From positions 1 through 50,521 of the forward strand of contig JBHOSQ010000008.1 of NCBI GenBank assembly GCA_042584585.1: a stretch of 50,521 nt of DNA. Direction: 5' to 3'. Below, one piece after another: positions 1-8,288 of the stretch (the stretch's first letter is position 1; each line of letters begins with the position of its first letter). This DNA is from an archaeon (GTDB taxonomy: Archaea; B1Sed10-29; WALL01). The translations under genes and the position numbers were made by a program. The notes under the pieces were generated by a model. That model ran no database searches. It was not told where the DNA came from and saw nothing but the letters and a program-made list of their open reading frames with translations.

Positions 1-53
1 CGACGTTGACCCAAGTCAACGTCCAGTCCCGACGTGCCGCCTGAGTTTCAGGC
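1..53 (+). repeat. Modular palindromic element copy E1 (cut by window start): hairpin2 + ACGTGCC + hairpin3
   Basis: nt 1-38 identical to 44534-44571; GACGTTGAC-CCAA-GTCAACGTC and GCCTGA-GTT-TCAGGC stems. Confidence 0.9.
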
Positions 54-107
54 GAATTCCGCCAAGGAGTACTAACCTTTTTTTAATCCAAGTGAGTGGT
101 GTTAGCC

Positions 108-929
108 ATGAATGCGTACGTAGAGATTCTTAGGCCGGTGAACGGAGTGATGGCCATGGTAGCCGTCGCGGTTGGGTTCTTTGTTGCTGGCGGGCAATTC
201 GCGTTGCCGCAGGGGCTTGCGCTCGCCATGGCGTCTGCGTTTTTGATTCTGTCCGCTGGGATGGTGATTAATGACTACTACGACTATCCCATTGACAAGA
301 AGACCAAGAAGCATCGCCCCATCCCGTCCGGGAGGGTTGGGCTCGGGGCCGCGCGGATGTACGCCGCCGCACTGTTCTTGGTTGGGCTCGGGCTGGCGTT
401 CTTCGTGAACATGGAGGCGTTCGTAATCGCTGTCTTGGCCGCGGTCACTTTGTTCCTCTATGCCAAAGAGTTTTCCAAGAAAGCGTTTACAGGGAACTTT
501 TTGGTGGCGTTGAACACTGGCCTCACGTTCGTGTTCGGCGCGGCAGTGGCCGGCAGTATAGTCTCGGTCGAAGTCATGGCCCTTGCGGGCATGGCGCTCT
601 TCGCGAACCTCGCGCGGGAGGTTTACGGCAGCATTCGGGACATGAAAGACGACAAGGGCACGCGCGAGACGCTCCCGATGCGGATAGGCGTCAGCAAGTC
701 CGTTATGATAGCCGCGTTCGCGATGGTCACCGCCATAATGCTTAGCCCCATCCCTTACTGGGCGGGGATTTTCGGGGAAAATTACCTTTTGCTTATATCG
801 CTGGTCGACGCTGGGTTCCTGTACATCATTTTGAACAGCTTCAGGACCAAAAACTTCGCCAGGGAAGCACATTACTGCCGCGTATTCCAAATGGCTGCCC
901 TAATCGCCTTTTTGGTAGGCGCTATTTGA
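108..929 (+). CDS. UbiA-family prenyltransferase, likely digeranylgeranylglyceryl-phosphate (DGGGP) synthase
   Basis: Multi-TM; LRPVN N-terminus, NDYYDxxxD motif, RPIPSG, GNFLVA, TLP motifs; ATG at 108. Confidence 0.8.
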   Translation: MNAYVEILRPVNGVMAMVAVAVGFFVAGGQFALPQGLALAMASAFLILSAGMVINDYYDYPIDKKTKKHRPIPSGRVGLGAARMYAAALFLVGLGLAFFVNMEAFVIAVLAAVTLFLYAKEFSKKAFTGNFLVALNTGLTFVFGAAVAGSIVSVEVMALAGMALFANLAREVYGSIRDMKDDKGTRETLPMRIGVSKSVMIAAFAMVTAIMLSPIPYWAGIFGENYLLLISLVDAGFLYIILNSFRTKNFAREAHYCRVFQMAALIAFLVGAI

Positions 930-999
930 ACAAATGGGCAACAAAAAGCGGTAGCTTTAAAAAAAGAGCCCAACAAAACAGTGCGTGCGAGGTAATCCA

Positions 1000-1452
1000 A
1001 TGAAAAATGTTGACAAAACTGACCTAGCCATACTGCGTGCGCTCATGAAGAACGCCCGTGCGTCCTATCGTGAGGTAGCCAGCCAAATAGGCGTGGCAGT
1101 GGGCACTGTCCAGCACAGGATGCAGAAGCTGGAGAAAAAGGGGATACTCAAGGGATTCCGGCCGGTTATTGACTATTCCAAGCTCGGCTATGAAGTAGCG
1201 GCAATAATCTCTCTCGAGACGCCGAGGGGGCTAAACGAGGAGCTCGAGGAAAAGCTGGCGAAGAACCCCCACGTGAACAGCATTTACCACACTGCGGGGG
1301 ACGTGGACATATTCATCAGGGTGAAGTTCAAGCACACTGACGAGCTGCACCAGTTCCTGCAGACCGAGCTGACAGACAAGTACGTCAAGAAAAGCAAGAC
1401 CTACATCATAATGGACAAGAAGCGGGCGTACGGCAAGCTTATGATGGAGTGA
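1000..1452 (+). CDS. Lrp/AsnC family transcriptional regulator
   Basis: DKTDLAILRALMKNARASYREVA HTH, IDYSKLG linker, TAGDVD RAM domain. Confidence 0.93.
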   Translation: MKNVDKTDLAILRALMKNARASYREVASQIGVAVGTVQHRMQKLEKKGILKGFRPVIDYSKLGYEVAAIISLETPRGLNEELEEKLAKNPHVNSIYHTAGDVDIFIRVKFKHTDELHQFLQTELTDKYVKKSKTYIIMDKKRAYGKLMME

Positions 1453-1904
1453 GCGTTATGGGCCAAATCGAGTTTTTCGCTGATGCGGGCAAGTTCAGGG
1501 CAGTCAAAAAGCTGAAGGTCGAGGAAAACACCGAGCCAATGTTCGTGGCACGGTTTTTGGCGTCTGTGCAGGACACCCTCGTGCGCAAGACCCGTGACTA
1601 CATGGACGTGGATATGCCCATGGACAAGCTGGACGAGATAGTTGGGGAAATTTGCGACGCCGAAAAAAAGAAGAAGGGCTGGAAGCTCCACGGCAGGGCA
1701 AGTGAAGAAAAAATCACTAAGTGCCTCGCCGCCGCACGCGGCTCCAAGACAACGCGCATGATTAACGAACTCGTCGAGGGAAAGAAGGCGCGTGAACTGG
1801 CGAAGGCGTACGTGCTGCAGACCACGCTGGACGCCCTGGGGTTCCCACTCGTGATTAACGCCAAGCTCTTCGAGAAGTACCTCGAGGAAAAATCGTTAGA
1901 GTAA
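1449..1904 (+). CDS. Archaeal conserved protein, DUF2666-like
   Basis: QIEFFAxxGKFRAVKKLKVEENTEPMFVARFLAS resembles the DUF2666 N-terminus (from recall); 4-nt overlap with upstream gene. Confidence 0.65.
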   Translation: MSVMGQIEFFADAGKFRAVKKLKVEENTEPMFVARFLASVQDTLVRKTRDYMDVDMPMDKLDEIVGEICDAEKKKKGWKLHGRASEEKITKCLAAARGSKTTRMINELVEGKKARELAKAYVLQTTLDALGFPLVINAKLFEKYLEEKSLE

Positions 1905-1956
1905 GCCGCTTTCTGCGGCTGCATTTATATTACGCTAGTTTAATAACTAGCTTCGT

Positions 1957-2029
1957 GGGGCCGTGGGGTAGTTTGGTATCCTGGTGGCTTTGGGAGTCAT
2001 TGACCTGAGTTCAAATCTCGGCGGCCCCA
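1957..2029 (+). tRNA. tRNA-Pro(TGG)
   Basis: GGGGCCG/CGGCCCC acceptor; GTGGC-TTTGGGA-GTCAT anticodon arm; GTTCAAATC T-loop; TTTATAT box upstream. Confidence 0.95.
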
Positions 2030-2036
2030 CTCAAAA

Positions 2037-2120
2037 GCGGGGGTAGCAAAGTGGCCAAATGCGGTGGACTTAAGATCCACTGACTTAGTGTCTTCAAGAG
2101 TTCGAATCTCTTCCCCCGCA
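2037..2120 (+). tRNA. tRNA-Leu(TAA)
   Basis: GCGGGGG/CCCCCGC acceptor; GTGGA-CTTAAGA-TCCAC; long variable arm. Confidence 0.95.
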
Positions 2121-2134
2121 CTTTAGGTGAGCAA

Positions 2135-2677
2135 GTGGAAGCAATTGAATGCATCAAGTCAAGAAGGTCCAGGAGAAAGTTTCTGGACAAAGACATCCCG
2201 GACAGTGTTGTTGATGAGTTGATTGACGCGGCGCGGCACGCGCCGTTCGGCGGACCGCCAATGAAGGGGCCGCAGGTATGGGAATTCATTGTGGTGCGTG
2301 AGCAGAAGACCAAAGACAAATTGGCATTGCACTATGAGGACCGGCAGTGGGTCGCGAAGGCGCCTGTTTTGATTGCCTGCTGTGCGGACAAGAATCGTGA
2401 CCCGGACTACAAAAACTGGGAGGTCACTGTCGCGATGGCGATACAGAACTTGCTGCTCGCCGCGCACTCAATGGGATTGGGCGCTTGTTACGTCGCGACG
2501 TTCATGCATCATGTCAACCATGGGGCCGAGCGAGATGCACTTCGGGAAGCACTTGCGTTGCCGGAAAACATCGAGCTGGTTGCCGTGCTGACTCTGGGGT
2601 ATCCAGACCCAAGCGAGGAATTGACGGAAAAAGAGCTTCGGGGACTAAAGGAAATTACTCACAAGGAAAAGTTTTAG
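2135..2677 (+). CDS. Nitroreductase family protein
   Basis: IKSRRSRRKF, AARHAP, QVWEFIVV, AIQNLLLAAHSMGLG, LTLGYP. Confidence 0.92.
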   Translation: MEAIECIKSRRSRRKFLDKDIPDSVVDELIDAARHAPFGGPPMKGPQVWEFIVVREQKTKDKLALHYEDRQWVAKAPVLIACCADKNRDPDYKNWEVTVAMAIQNLLLAAHSMGLGACYVATFMHHVNHGAERDALREALALPENIELVAVLTLGYPDPSEELTEKELRGLKEITHKEKF

Positions 2678-2679
2678 CG

Positions 2680-2753
2680 GGGCTCGTAGTCTAGCTTGGA
2701 TATGACTCAACCCTCCGGAGGTTGGAGCCCGGGTTCAAATCCCGGCGGGCCCG
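2680..2753 (+). tRNA. tRNA-Arg(CCG)
   Basis: GGGCTCG/CGGGCCC acceptor; CAACC-CTCCGGA-GGTTG anticodon arm. Confidence 0.92.
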
Positions 2754-2757
2754 TTCT

Positions 2758-2815
2758 GCCTATCGCTGGGCCTTGTGCCCCGCCTTAGTCTACCGCGCCA
2801 GCTGAGGTTTCGGCT
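2758..2815 (+). repeat. Modular palindromic element E2 (tRNA-Arg trailer)
   Basis: GCCTAT..GGGCCTTGTGCCC..TTAGTCTACCGCGCC-AGCTGAGGTTTCGGCT; aligns with 44248-44335 and 44504-44590. Confidence 0.8.
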
Positions 2816-2839
2816 GAAACCCGGCGGGCTAGTTGAGGC

Positions 2840-2918
2840 AGAGACGGGAATGAGCCCGTCTCTGGGGGTGCCAATTTGCACCCCTCAAGCCTAACGTGCC
2901 AGCTTAGTTCAAGCTGCT
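2840..2918 (+). repeat. Modular palindromic element E3
   Basis: AGAGACGGG/CCCGTCTCT hairpin, GGGGTGC/GCACCCC hairpin, AAGCCTAACGTGCC-AGCTTAGTTCAAGCT; closely parallels 10425-10483. Confidence 0.88.
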
Positions 2919-2957
2919 AGAAATCTTTATATAGCCGAACCGAATAGGAGTAATTGC

Positions 2958-3236
2958 ATGCCGAGCGAAGAAGAGCAGATAATCAACTTGATTGCACAGG
3001 AGCTGAGCGCGGGCAAGAGCCCAAACGCAGTCATTGCTGAGCTCGTGCAGGCAGGCCTGCCGAAGAACGAGGCGGCAACAGTCGTGAACGCGGTGGCACA
3101 GCAATTAGCCAGGCGTGGCGGCGGGGGAGGAGGCAGCAGAAGGCCAATGCCCCGCGGAGGCGGAACCAACTGGGGCATGTGGGTAATGCTTCTTGCCATT
3201 GGTGTCCTGGTGTACATAATCTTCATTGCCAGGTAG
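2958..3236 (+). CDS. Small tail-anchored membrane protein (helical N-domain, Gly/Arg linker, C-terminal TM)
   Basis: TTTATATA box and GGAG RBS upstream; hydrophobic C-terminus. Confidence 0.8.
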   Translation: MPSEEEQIINLIAQELSAGKSPNAVIAELVQAGLPKNEAATVVNAVAQQLARRGGGGGGSRRPMPRGGGTNWGMWVMLLAIGVLVYIIFIAR

Positions 3237-3275
3237 AAACACTTAAATTCTATTCAGTCAAAAAGAGTAGCCACT

Positions 3276-3347
3276 GCCTCAGTAGCTCAGTGGTAGAGCG
3301 CTACCTTGGTAAGGTAGAAGTCGAGGGTTCAACTCCCTCCTGAGGCT
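3276..3347 (+). tRNA. tRNA-Thr(GGT)
   Basis: GCCTCAG/CTGAGGC acceptor; CTACC-TTGGTAA-GGTAG. Confidence 0.96.
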
Positions 3348-3379
3348 TATTATATTACAAAGTGCCTAAAGTGAGTAAG

Positions 3380-4045
3380 ATGGATTTCCTGGGTTTTGAG
3401 CTGAGTGGCTTGTTTATCAACGCTGTAGTGTTTGGCGCGCTAGCCCTGGCAGTCGTCACGATTGTTGGCGTGCTGCTGATTCACTACTTCAACCGCACAG
3501 GCAAGGCGCATTTCCCGAAGCTCATCATGATTACGCTGAACCTTCTGGAGACTCCAATCAAGAACCTGCTGTGGCTGTTCAACCTCGACGACAGGACACT
3601 TCACTTGGTGCGGTCAAGCATCAACAACATTCTTTACAGGCACCGCTTCGCGGCAATCCCGTTCAAGGAGCGCGCGATTTTCCTGCCGCAGTGCCTCCGC
3701 AACCAAGCGTGCCCCGCGCCCACTGATGCAGAAGGGCTGCACTGCAAGGGCTGCGGGAAGTGCAGCATCGCGGAATACAAAAAAGAAGCGGAGAGTAAGG
3801 GGTACAGGTTTTTCATTGCCCCCGGCGGGACAATGGTCAAGCGCATGATAAAGCAGTACAGGCCCAAGGGGATTATCGGCGTGGGATGCGAGAACGAAAT
3901 CCAGATGGGCGCGGAAATGGCGGTGCGCGCCGGGGTCGTGCCAATGGTCGTCCCGCTCGCGAAAAGCGGGTGCCTGGACACAATAGTGGACTGGGACGAG
4001 CTAAGGAAAATCACTAATTTGACGCCCAAAAACGTGAACGATTAA
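3380..4045 (+). CDS. DUF116-family membrane protein (Cys-rich)
   Basis: N-terminal TM; FLPQCLR..CPA..CKGCGKC..PGG..GVGC..GCLDT pattern typical of DUF116. Confidence 0.85.
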   Translation: MDFLGFELSGLFINAVVFGALALAVVTIVGVLLIHYFNRTGKAHFPKLIMITLNLLETPIKNLLWLFNLDDRTLHLVRSSINNILYRHRFAAIPFKERAIFLPQCLRNQACPAPTDAEGLHCKGCGKCSIAEYKKEAESKGYRFFIAPGGTMVKRMIKQYRPKGIIGVGCENEIQMGAEMAVRAGVVPMVVPLAKSGCLDTIVDWDELRKITNLTPKNVND

Positions 4046-4074
4046 AAAGGAACGCGGCGCTAATTTCCCCGTGC

Positions 4075-4184
4075 GCCGGCCTAGCTCAGTTGGTTAGAGC
4101 GCCAGACTCATAGGGAATTAATCCTCTGGGTTTTCTTCCGGAGACATCTGGAAGTCGTGGGTTCAAGTCCCATGGCCGGCACCA
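4075..4184 (+). tRNA. tRNA-Met(CAT), elongator type, 33-nt intron at 37/38 (4113-4145), encoded CCA
   Basis: GCCGGCC/GGCCGGC acceptor; CCAGA-CTCATA[intron]A-TCTGG. Confidence 0.92.
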
Positions 4185-4191
4185 CACTTTT

Positions 4192-4422
4192 TTAGATGCT
4201 TGTTGCGTTGAAGCACTTGGGATAGTTTGTGCAGCCCCAGAAGTAGGAATGGTTTTTCTTGTTTTCACGCACCGCCATCAAGGCGCCGCACTGGCCACAC
4301 TTCTTTGTTTTTGGCGCCGCACGCTGGTGCCTGACACACCGGGGCTCACCCGCCTCCGAAAAAGACGTCGCGAAGCCGGAACAAACCGTACACTTCGGGG
4401 GGGAATAAGGGACTCGGCGCAT
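4192..4422 (-). CDS. Small zinc-ribbon protein (topoisomerase C4 zinc-finger-like domain plus N-terminal CxxC/CxxH)
   Basis: KCGQCGALMAVRE..FWGCTNYPKC matches the zf-C4_Topoisom pattern. Confidence 0.8.
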   Translation of the reverse strand: MRRVPYSPPKCTVCSGFATSFSEAGEPRCVRHQRAAPKTKKCGQCGALMAVRENKKNHSYFWGCTNYPKCFNATSI

Positions 4423-4489
4423 GACCCCCAGTTAAGAAACACTGGTTCAAAAAGGTTTGTGGCAATCCCCCAACGCCGGCACTATACTG

Positions 4490-5347
4490 TTATGCTAAAG
4501 ACACGCCAATCAGCCCAACCACCGTCAGGACAATCCCGAGCTTTTGGTTGGTGAGTATCCTTTCGTGAAGGAAAAAGTGTGCAAGGACGACCGTCACCGG
4601 GGTGTAGGCGGCGACGATTGCTGACACGATGGAGACCATCCCAATATCGATGCCAATCATGAAGAACAGATTGCCAAACAGCTCGGCTATCGCCACGCCA
4701 ATAAGCACAAGCCAAAGCGAGCGCGCCGGCCACTCAACCTTTATTTTCCTCAGCGGCGCGTAACTGGCAAGGAAAACCAGGCTAACAAGCCTCAGCGAAA
4801 AAAACGAAAAGATGGGGCCCACGCCCTCGACAACAAAGTCCGTGAGCAAGCCAACGACGCCGAACAGCAACAACGCGGCGAACGCGAGGATCGCCCCTGC
4901 GCTCAAAGCCTTTTGCTTGAATGACTTGAATTCTACGGCCGTAAGGAAGACGCCAGCGAAAATCACGAGGATGCCCAGCAACTGGATGGATGTTGGCTGC
5001 TCGCCCAAGACCAATAATGCGAGGACCGTCGTGACTGCACCCCACGAGCCGACAATCGGCACGATGACAGACGCCATCCCCTGGGCAAGGCCCCTGTAGA
5101 AAAGGACCCAGGCCATGAAGCTGAAAAACGCGGTGACTATGATGAAGAGCAAAGACTCCTGTGACAAGAGCGGGAGCTCGGCGAAGACAATGATATAGAG
5201 CAGCGCAGGGATGAAGCCAATAGCCTGGGTAAAAAGCAGGCTGCTGAAGTCGCCGAACTTGTCGACAGCCTTCTTCCCCAAGAAATCACAAACCCCAAGG
5301 CTCAGCATCGCCATGAAGCCAAATATCGCGCCTTCAACGAGGGGCAT
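4490..5347 (-). CDS. EamA/DMT family transporter
   Basis: About 10 TM, two EamA repeats (ASVIVPI..LGEQP; VSIVSAI..LHERI); start placed at MPLVEG. Confidence 0.9.
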   Translation of the reverse strand: MPLVEGAIFGFMAMLSLGVCDFLGKKAVDKFGDFSSLLFTQAIGFIPALLYIIVFAELPLLSQESLLFIIVTAFFSFMAWVLFYRGLAQGMASVIVPIVGSWGAVTTVLALLVLGEQPTSIQLLGILVIFAGVFLTAVEFKSFKQKALSAGAILAFAALLLFGVVGLLTDFVVEGVGPIFSFFSLRLVSLVFLASYAPLRKIKVEWPARSLWLVLIGVAIAELFGNLFFMIGIDIGMVSIVSAIVAAYTPVTVVLAHFFLHERILTNQKLGIVLTVVGLIGVSLA

Positions 5348-5412
5348 GCAGTCCTTATGGCAGCACCTACTTTTATTAACCATCTCTTCGTAGGTTGGTT
5401 GAGGTGTAAATT

Positions 5413-6048
5413 GTGTCCGAACCAAAGAGGCTAGCGGGAGAAAAGGCCTGTGAATACGTAAAGGACGGCATGGTCCTGGGCCTGGGGACAGGCAGCACCG
5501 TGTATTACACACTAAAGAAGATAGCCGAGCTTGGATTGAATGTGACAGGGGTTTGCACGTCCGTGGACACGGAAAACAAGTGCAAAGAGCTTGGCATCAA
5601 GACCGCCGGCATCAACGAGCACGACCCGGAGCTCGCGATTGACGGCGCCGACGAAATCGACGGGAACAGGCATTTGATAAAAGGCGGCGGGGGGGCGCTG
5701 ACGCGCGAGAAAATCGTTGACTACCGCGCCAAAGAATTCATCGTCATCGCAGAAGAGCGGAAAGTGGTCGGGCAGCTTGGGGAAACGTTTTTCCTGCCCG
5801 TTGAAGTCATCCAATTCGCGTGGGAACGCACTCAGCGCGAGCTCAAGGAAAGATTCGAGCGGGTCGAAAAAAGGGAGTTCACCACAGACAACGGGAACTA
5901 CATACTCGACTGCCACGGCAAAATAGCGGACGCTGTGGCGTGGGAAAAAGAAATCAACTCCATTCCAGGTGTCGTGGAAAACGGCTTGTTCACGCGCGAC
6001 ATCAAGAAAATAATTGTTGGGAATGACACAGGGGTGAAAGAGATATGA
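5413..6048 (+). CDS. rpiA: Ribose-5-phosphate isomerase A
   Basis: GLGTGST, IDGADEI, IKGGGGALTREK, TDNGN, GVVENGLF. Confidence 0.98.
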   Translation: MSEPKRLAGEKACEYVKDGMVLGLGTGSTVYYTLKKIAELGLNVTGVCTSVDTENKCKELGIKTAGINEHDPELAIDGADEIDGNRHLIKGGGGALTREKIVDYRAKEFIVIAEERKVVGQLGETFFLPVEVIQFAWERTQRELKERFERVEKREFTTDNGNYILDCHGKIADAVAWEKEINSIPGVVENGLFTRDIKKIIVGNDTGVKEI

Positions 6049-6680
6049 AAAAGCTCGTCGTCAACTTCAAGGCCTACGAGGAAAGCACTGGAGCCAGCGC
6101 CGTCGAACTCGCCCGCAAAATCGCTGGCGCCAGCAGCGAAGTCATCCTTTGCCCACAATACTTTGACATCAAGGAAATCGCGGGGCTCGGAAACCCCGCA
6201 TACGCGCAGCACGTCGACGCGAAAACATTCGGGAGCCGCACGGGATGGATAGTGCCCGAGGCAGTGAAGGCCGCGGGTGCCGTTGGCACGCTCATCAACC
6301 ACTCCGAGCACACAATCGGGCTCGACAAAGTCGGCGAAGTCGTGAAGCGGTGCAGGGAAGCAGGCCTGCAGAGCCTTGTTTGCGTGCCCGACGTCGCGAG
6401 TGTCGCCGAGGCCGTCCGGCTTGAGCCGGACATGATTGCAATCGAGCCGCCGGAACTAATCGGCAGCGGAATAAGCGTTTCACAATCCCAGCCCGAACTG
6501 ATTGAGGACGCGGTAAAGAACGCGGGCGGGGTCACCCTGCTATGCGGCGCTGGGGTAAGCACTGCCGAAGACGTCAAGAGCGCAATCGCACTCGGGGCCG
6601 AGGGGGTGCTCGTCGCGTCCGCAATCGTGAAAAGCCCGGAGCCGGAAAAGCTTGTGGCAGATATGGTGAAAGAGCTATGA
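6045..6680 (+). CDS. tpiA: Triosephosphate isomerase (archaeal type)
   Basis: VNFKAY, AQHVD, LINHSE, AIEPPELIG, CGAGV, GVLVASA. Confidence 0.97.
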   Translation: MKKLVVNFKAYEESTGASAVELARKIAGASSEVILCPQYFDIKEIAGLGNPAYAQHVDAKTFGSRTGWIVPEAVKAAGAVGTLINHSEHTIGLDKVGEVVKRCREAGLQSLVCVPDVASVAEAVRLEPDMIAIEPPELIGSGISVSQSQPELIEDAVKNAGGVTLLCGAGVSTAEDVKSAIALGAEGVLVASAIVKSPEPEKLVADMVKEL

Positions 6681-7561
6681 TAGTTGTTGGGAAAGACGAT
6701 TTCTCTGAAGGCCTGGCCAAGGAATTGGGAGTGAAGCACGTCGAGCTGGAGACGCGGACGTTCCCCAACTCCGAGATAAACCCACGGGTCATGAACGAAG
6801 CGAAGGGCGAGAAAGTACTAGTGGTGCTCCGCACCGGCTCACAGGAAAAACACCACCCCAACCGGCTGGTCATTGAGACGCTGTTGGCCGTGAGGCAGCT
6901 GAAGGAAATGGGGGCGGAGCCGATTGTGGTTTGGCCGTGGTTTCCCTACTCGCTGCAGGACGAGTCGTTCAGGGACGGCGAGCCCAAAAGCGCGGAATAC
7001 GTTTTAGATATGCTCCACACGAGTGGTGCCACGGCGTTCTTCACGGTGTCCGCCCACATGGACCGCGGGGAAGGGAAAATGGATTACTACACCAAAATGC
7101 CTTGTTATACCCTAAGCGGGTTCAAGGCAATCGCCGAATACCTCAAGGGAAAAGTCACCGGGCCAGTTGTGATTGGGCCGGACTTTACTTCGAACGAGTC
7201 CGCCAAGGAAGTCCAGGCGGTGCTCGGGGGTGAAGTTAATTCCGTGGAAAAAGCGCGGGACAAGGAAACCGGCGAGACAGAAATCACTAAGCACGACGTG
7301 AAGGAATTGGTGGGAAAGGACGTGGTGGTTGTCGACGACATCGCAAACACCGGCGGCACTCTAGCGGGGGCAATCAAGCTCTGCAAGGAAAACGGAGCCA
7401 CTAAAGTTGTGAGCTGTGTCGTGCACCCAGTGCTCGCCGAGGACTGCCTCGCAAAGGTTTCGGGCGAAGGCGAGTTTGTGGCGACGGACACTATCGACTC
7501 GCCCATCTCGAAGATAACTGTCGTGCCTGCGCTTGCAGGGCTTATTCAGAAGCAGCTTTGA
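6677..7561 (+). CDS. prs: Ribose-phosphate pyrophosphokinase (divergent)
   Basis: FPNSE, PYSLQD, VVVDDIANTGGTL, HPVL, ATDTI; ATG overlaps tpiA stop. Confidence 0.88.
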   Translation: MIVVGKDDFSEGLAKELGVKHVELETRTFPNSEINPRVMNEAKGEKVLVVLRTGSQEKHHPNRLVIETLLAVRQLKEMGAEPIVVWPWFPYSLQDESFRDGEPKSAEYVLDMLHTSGATAFFTVSAHMDRGEGKMDYYTKMPCYTLSGFKAIAEYLKGKVTGPVVIGPDFTSNESAKEVQAVLGGEVNSVEKARDKETGETEITKHDVKELVGKDVVVVDDIANTGGTLAGAIKLCKENGATKVVSCVVHPVLAEDCLAKVSGEGEFVATDTIDSPISKITVVPALAGLIQKQL

Positions 7562-8174
7562 GCTCCGCGATGGCCGCTGCGCGGTCCGGCTTTCCAAAGA
7601 TTGCAGTGCCAGCAACGACGACGTCGACGCCTGCGTCCACAACCCGCTTGATGTTGCCGGTGGTTACCCCGCCGTCGACCTCGATGGTGCCTGAAAAGTT
7701 TTCTTTGAGCCACTCTATTTTTTGGATTGACGACTCGATGAATCCCTGGCCGCCCCACCCCGGGTTGACGCTCATCACAAGCACGAGGTCGGCGTGCTGC
7801 AGCACTGGCTCGAGGATCTCCACGGGCGTCGGCGGGTTGATGGAGACGCCTGACTTTATCCCTGCGCCACGGATTTCCTGTAAGTGAACGGCAAGGTTGT
7901 CGCTTGCCTCGGCGTGAATGGTTATCAAGTCGCTCCCAGCTTCCGCGAAGGCCTTGACCCGCTTTTCCGGCGAGTCGGTCATCAAGTGCGAGTCGAAAAA
8001 TAGCTTGCTTTTGTCACGGAGTGATTTCACTACTTCGGGGCCGAATGTCGTGGGCGGGACGAACTTTCCGTCCATCACGTCGAAATGCAGCCAGTCCGCG
8101 GATTCCACTGACGTTACCTCTTCATCGAGCCGCGAGAAGTCGGCCGCCAGCAGGGAAGGCGCTATCAACACCAT
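7542..8174 (-). CDS. rpe: Ribulose-phosphate 3-epimerase
   Basis: IAPSLLAADF, HFDVMDG, DSHLM, MSVNPGWGGQ, EVDGG, VAGTAIF. Confidence 0.97.
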   Translation of the reverse strand: MVLIAPSLLAADFSRLDEEVTSVESADWLHFDVMDGKFVPPTTFGPEVVKSLRDKSKLFFDSHLMTDSPEKRVKAFAEAGSDLITIHAEASDNLAVHLQEIRGAGIKSGVSINPPTPVEILEPVLQHADLVLVMSVNPGWGGQGFIESSIQKIEWLKENFSGTIEVDGGVTTGNIKRVVDAGVDVVVAGTAIFGKPDRAAAIAELKAASE

Positions 8175-8213
8175 ACGCGTTTTTAATGAAATCGGGGTAT
8201 AAAAGCTTGCACC

Positions 8214-8285
8214 GCCTCGGTAGCTCAGTGGTAGAGCGCCGGTCTTGTAAACCGGAGGTCGGGGGTTCAACTCCCTCCCGAGGCT
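8214..8285 (+). tRNA. tRNA-Thr(TGT)
   Basis: GCCTCGG/CCGAGGC acceptor; CCGGT-CTTGTAA-ACCGG. Confidence 0.96.
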
Positions 8286-8288
8286 CTT

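Noticed and set aside
2889-2922. GCCTAAC resembles an integron attC R'' box
   Set aside because: No matching GTTRRRY closing a single long palindrome, no cassette array and no integrase in the window.
4113-4145. tRNA-Met and tRNA-Tyr introns
   Set aside because: Canonical 37/38 position, short, no ORF; ordinary for archaea.
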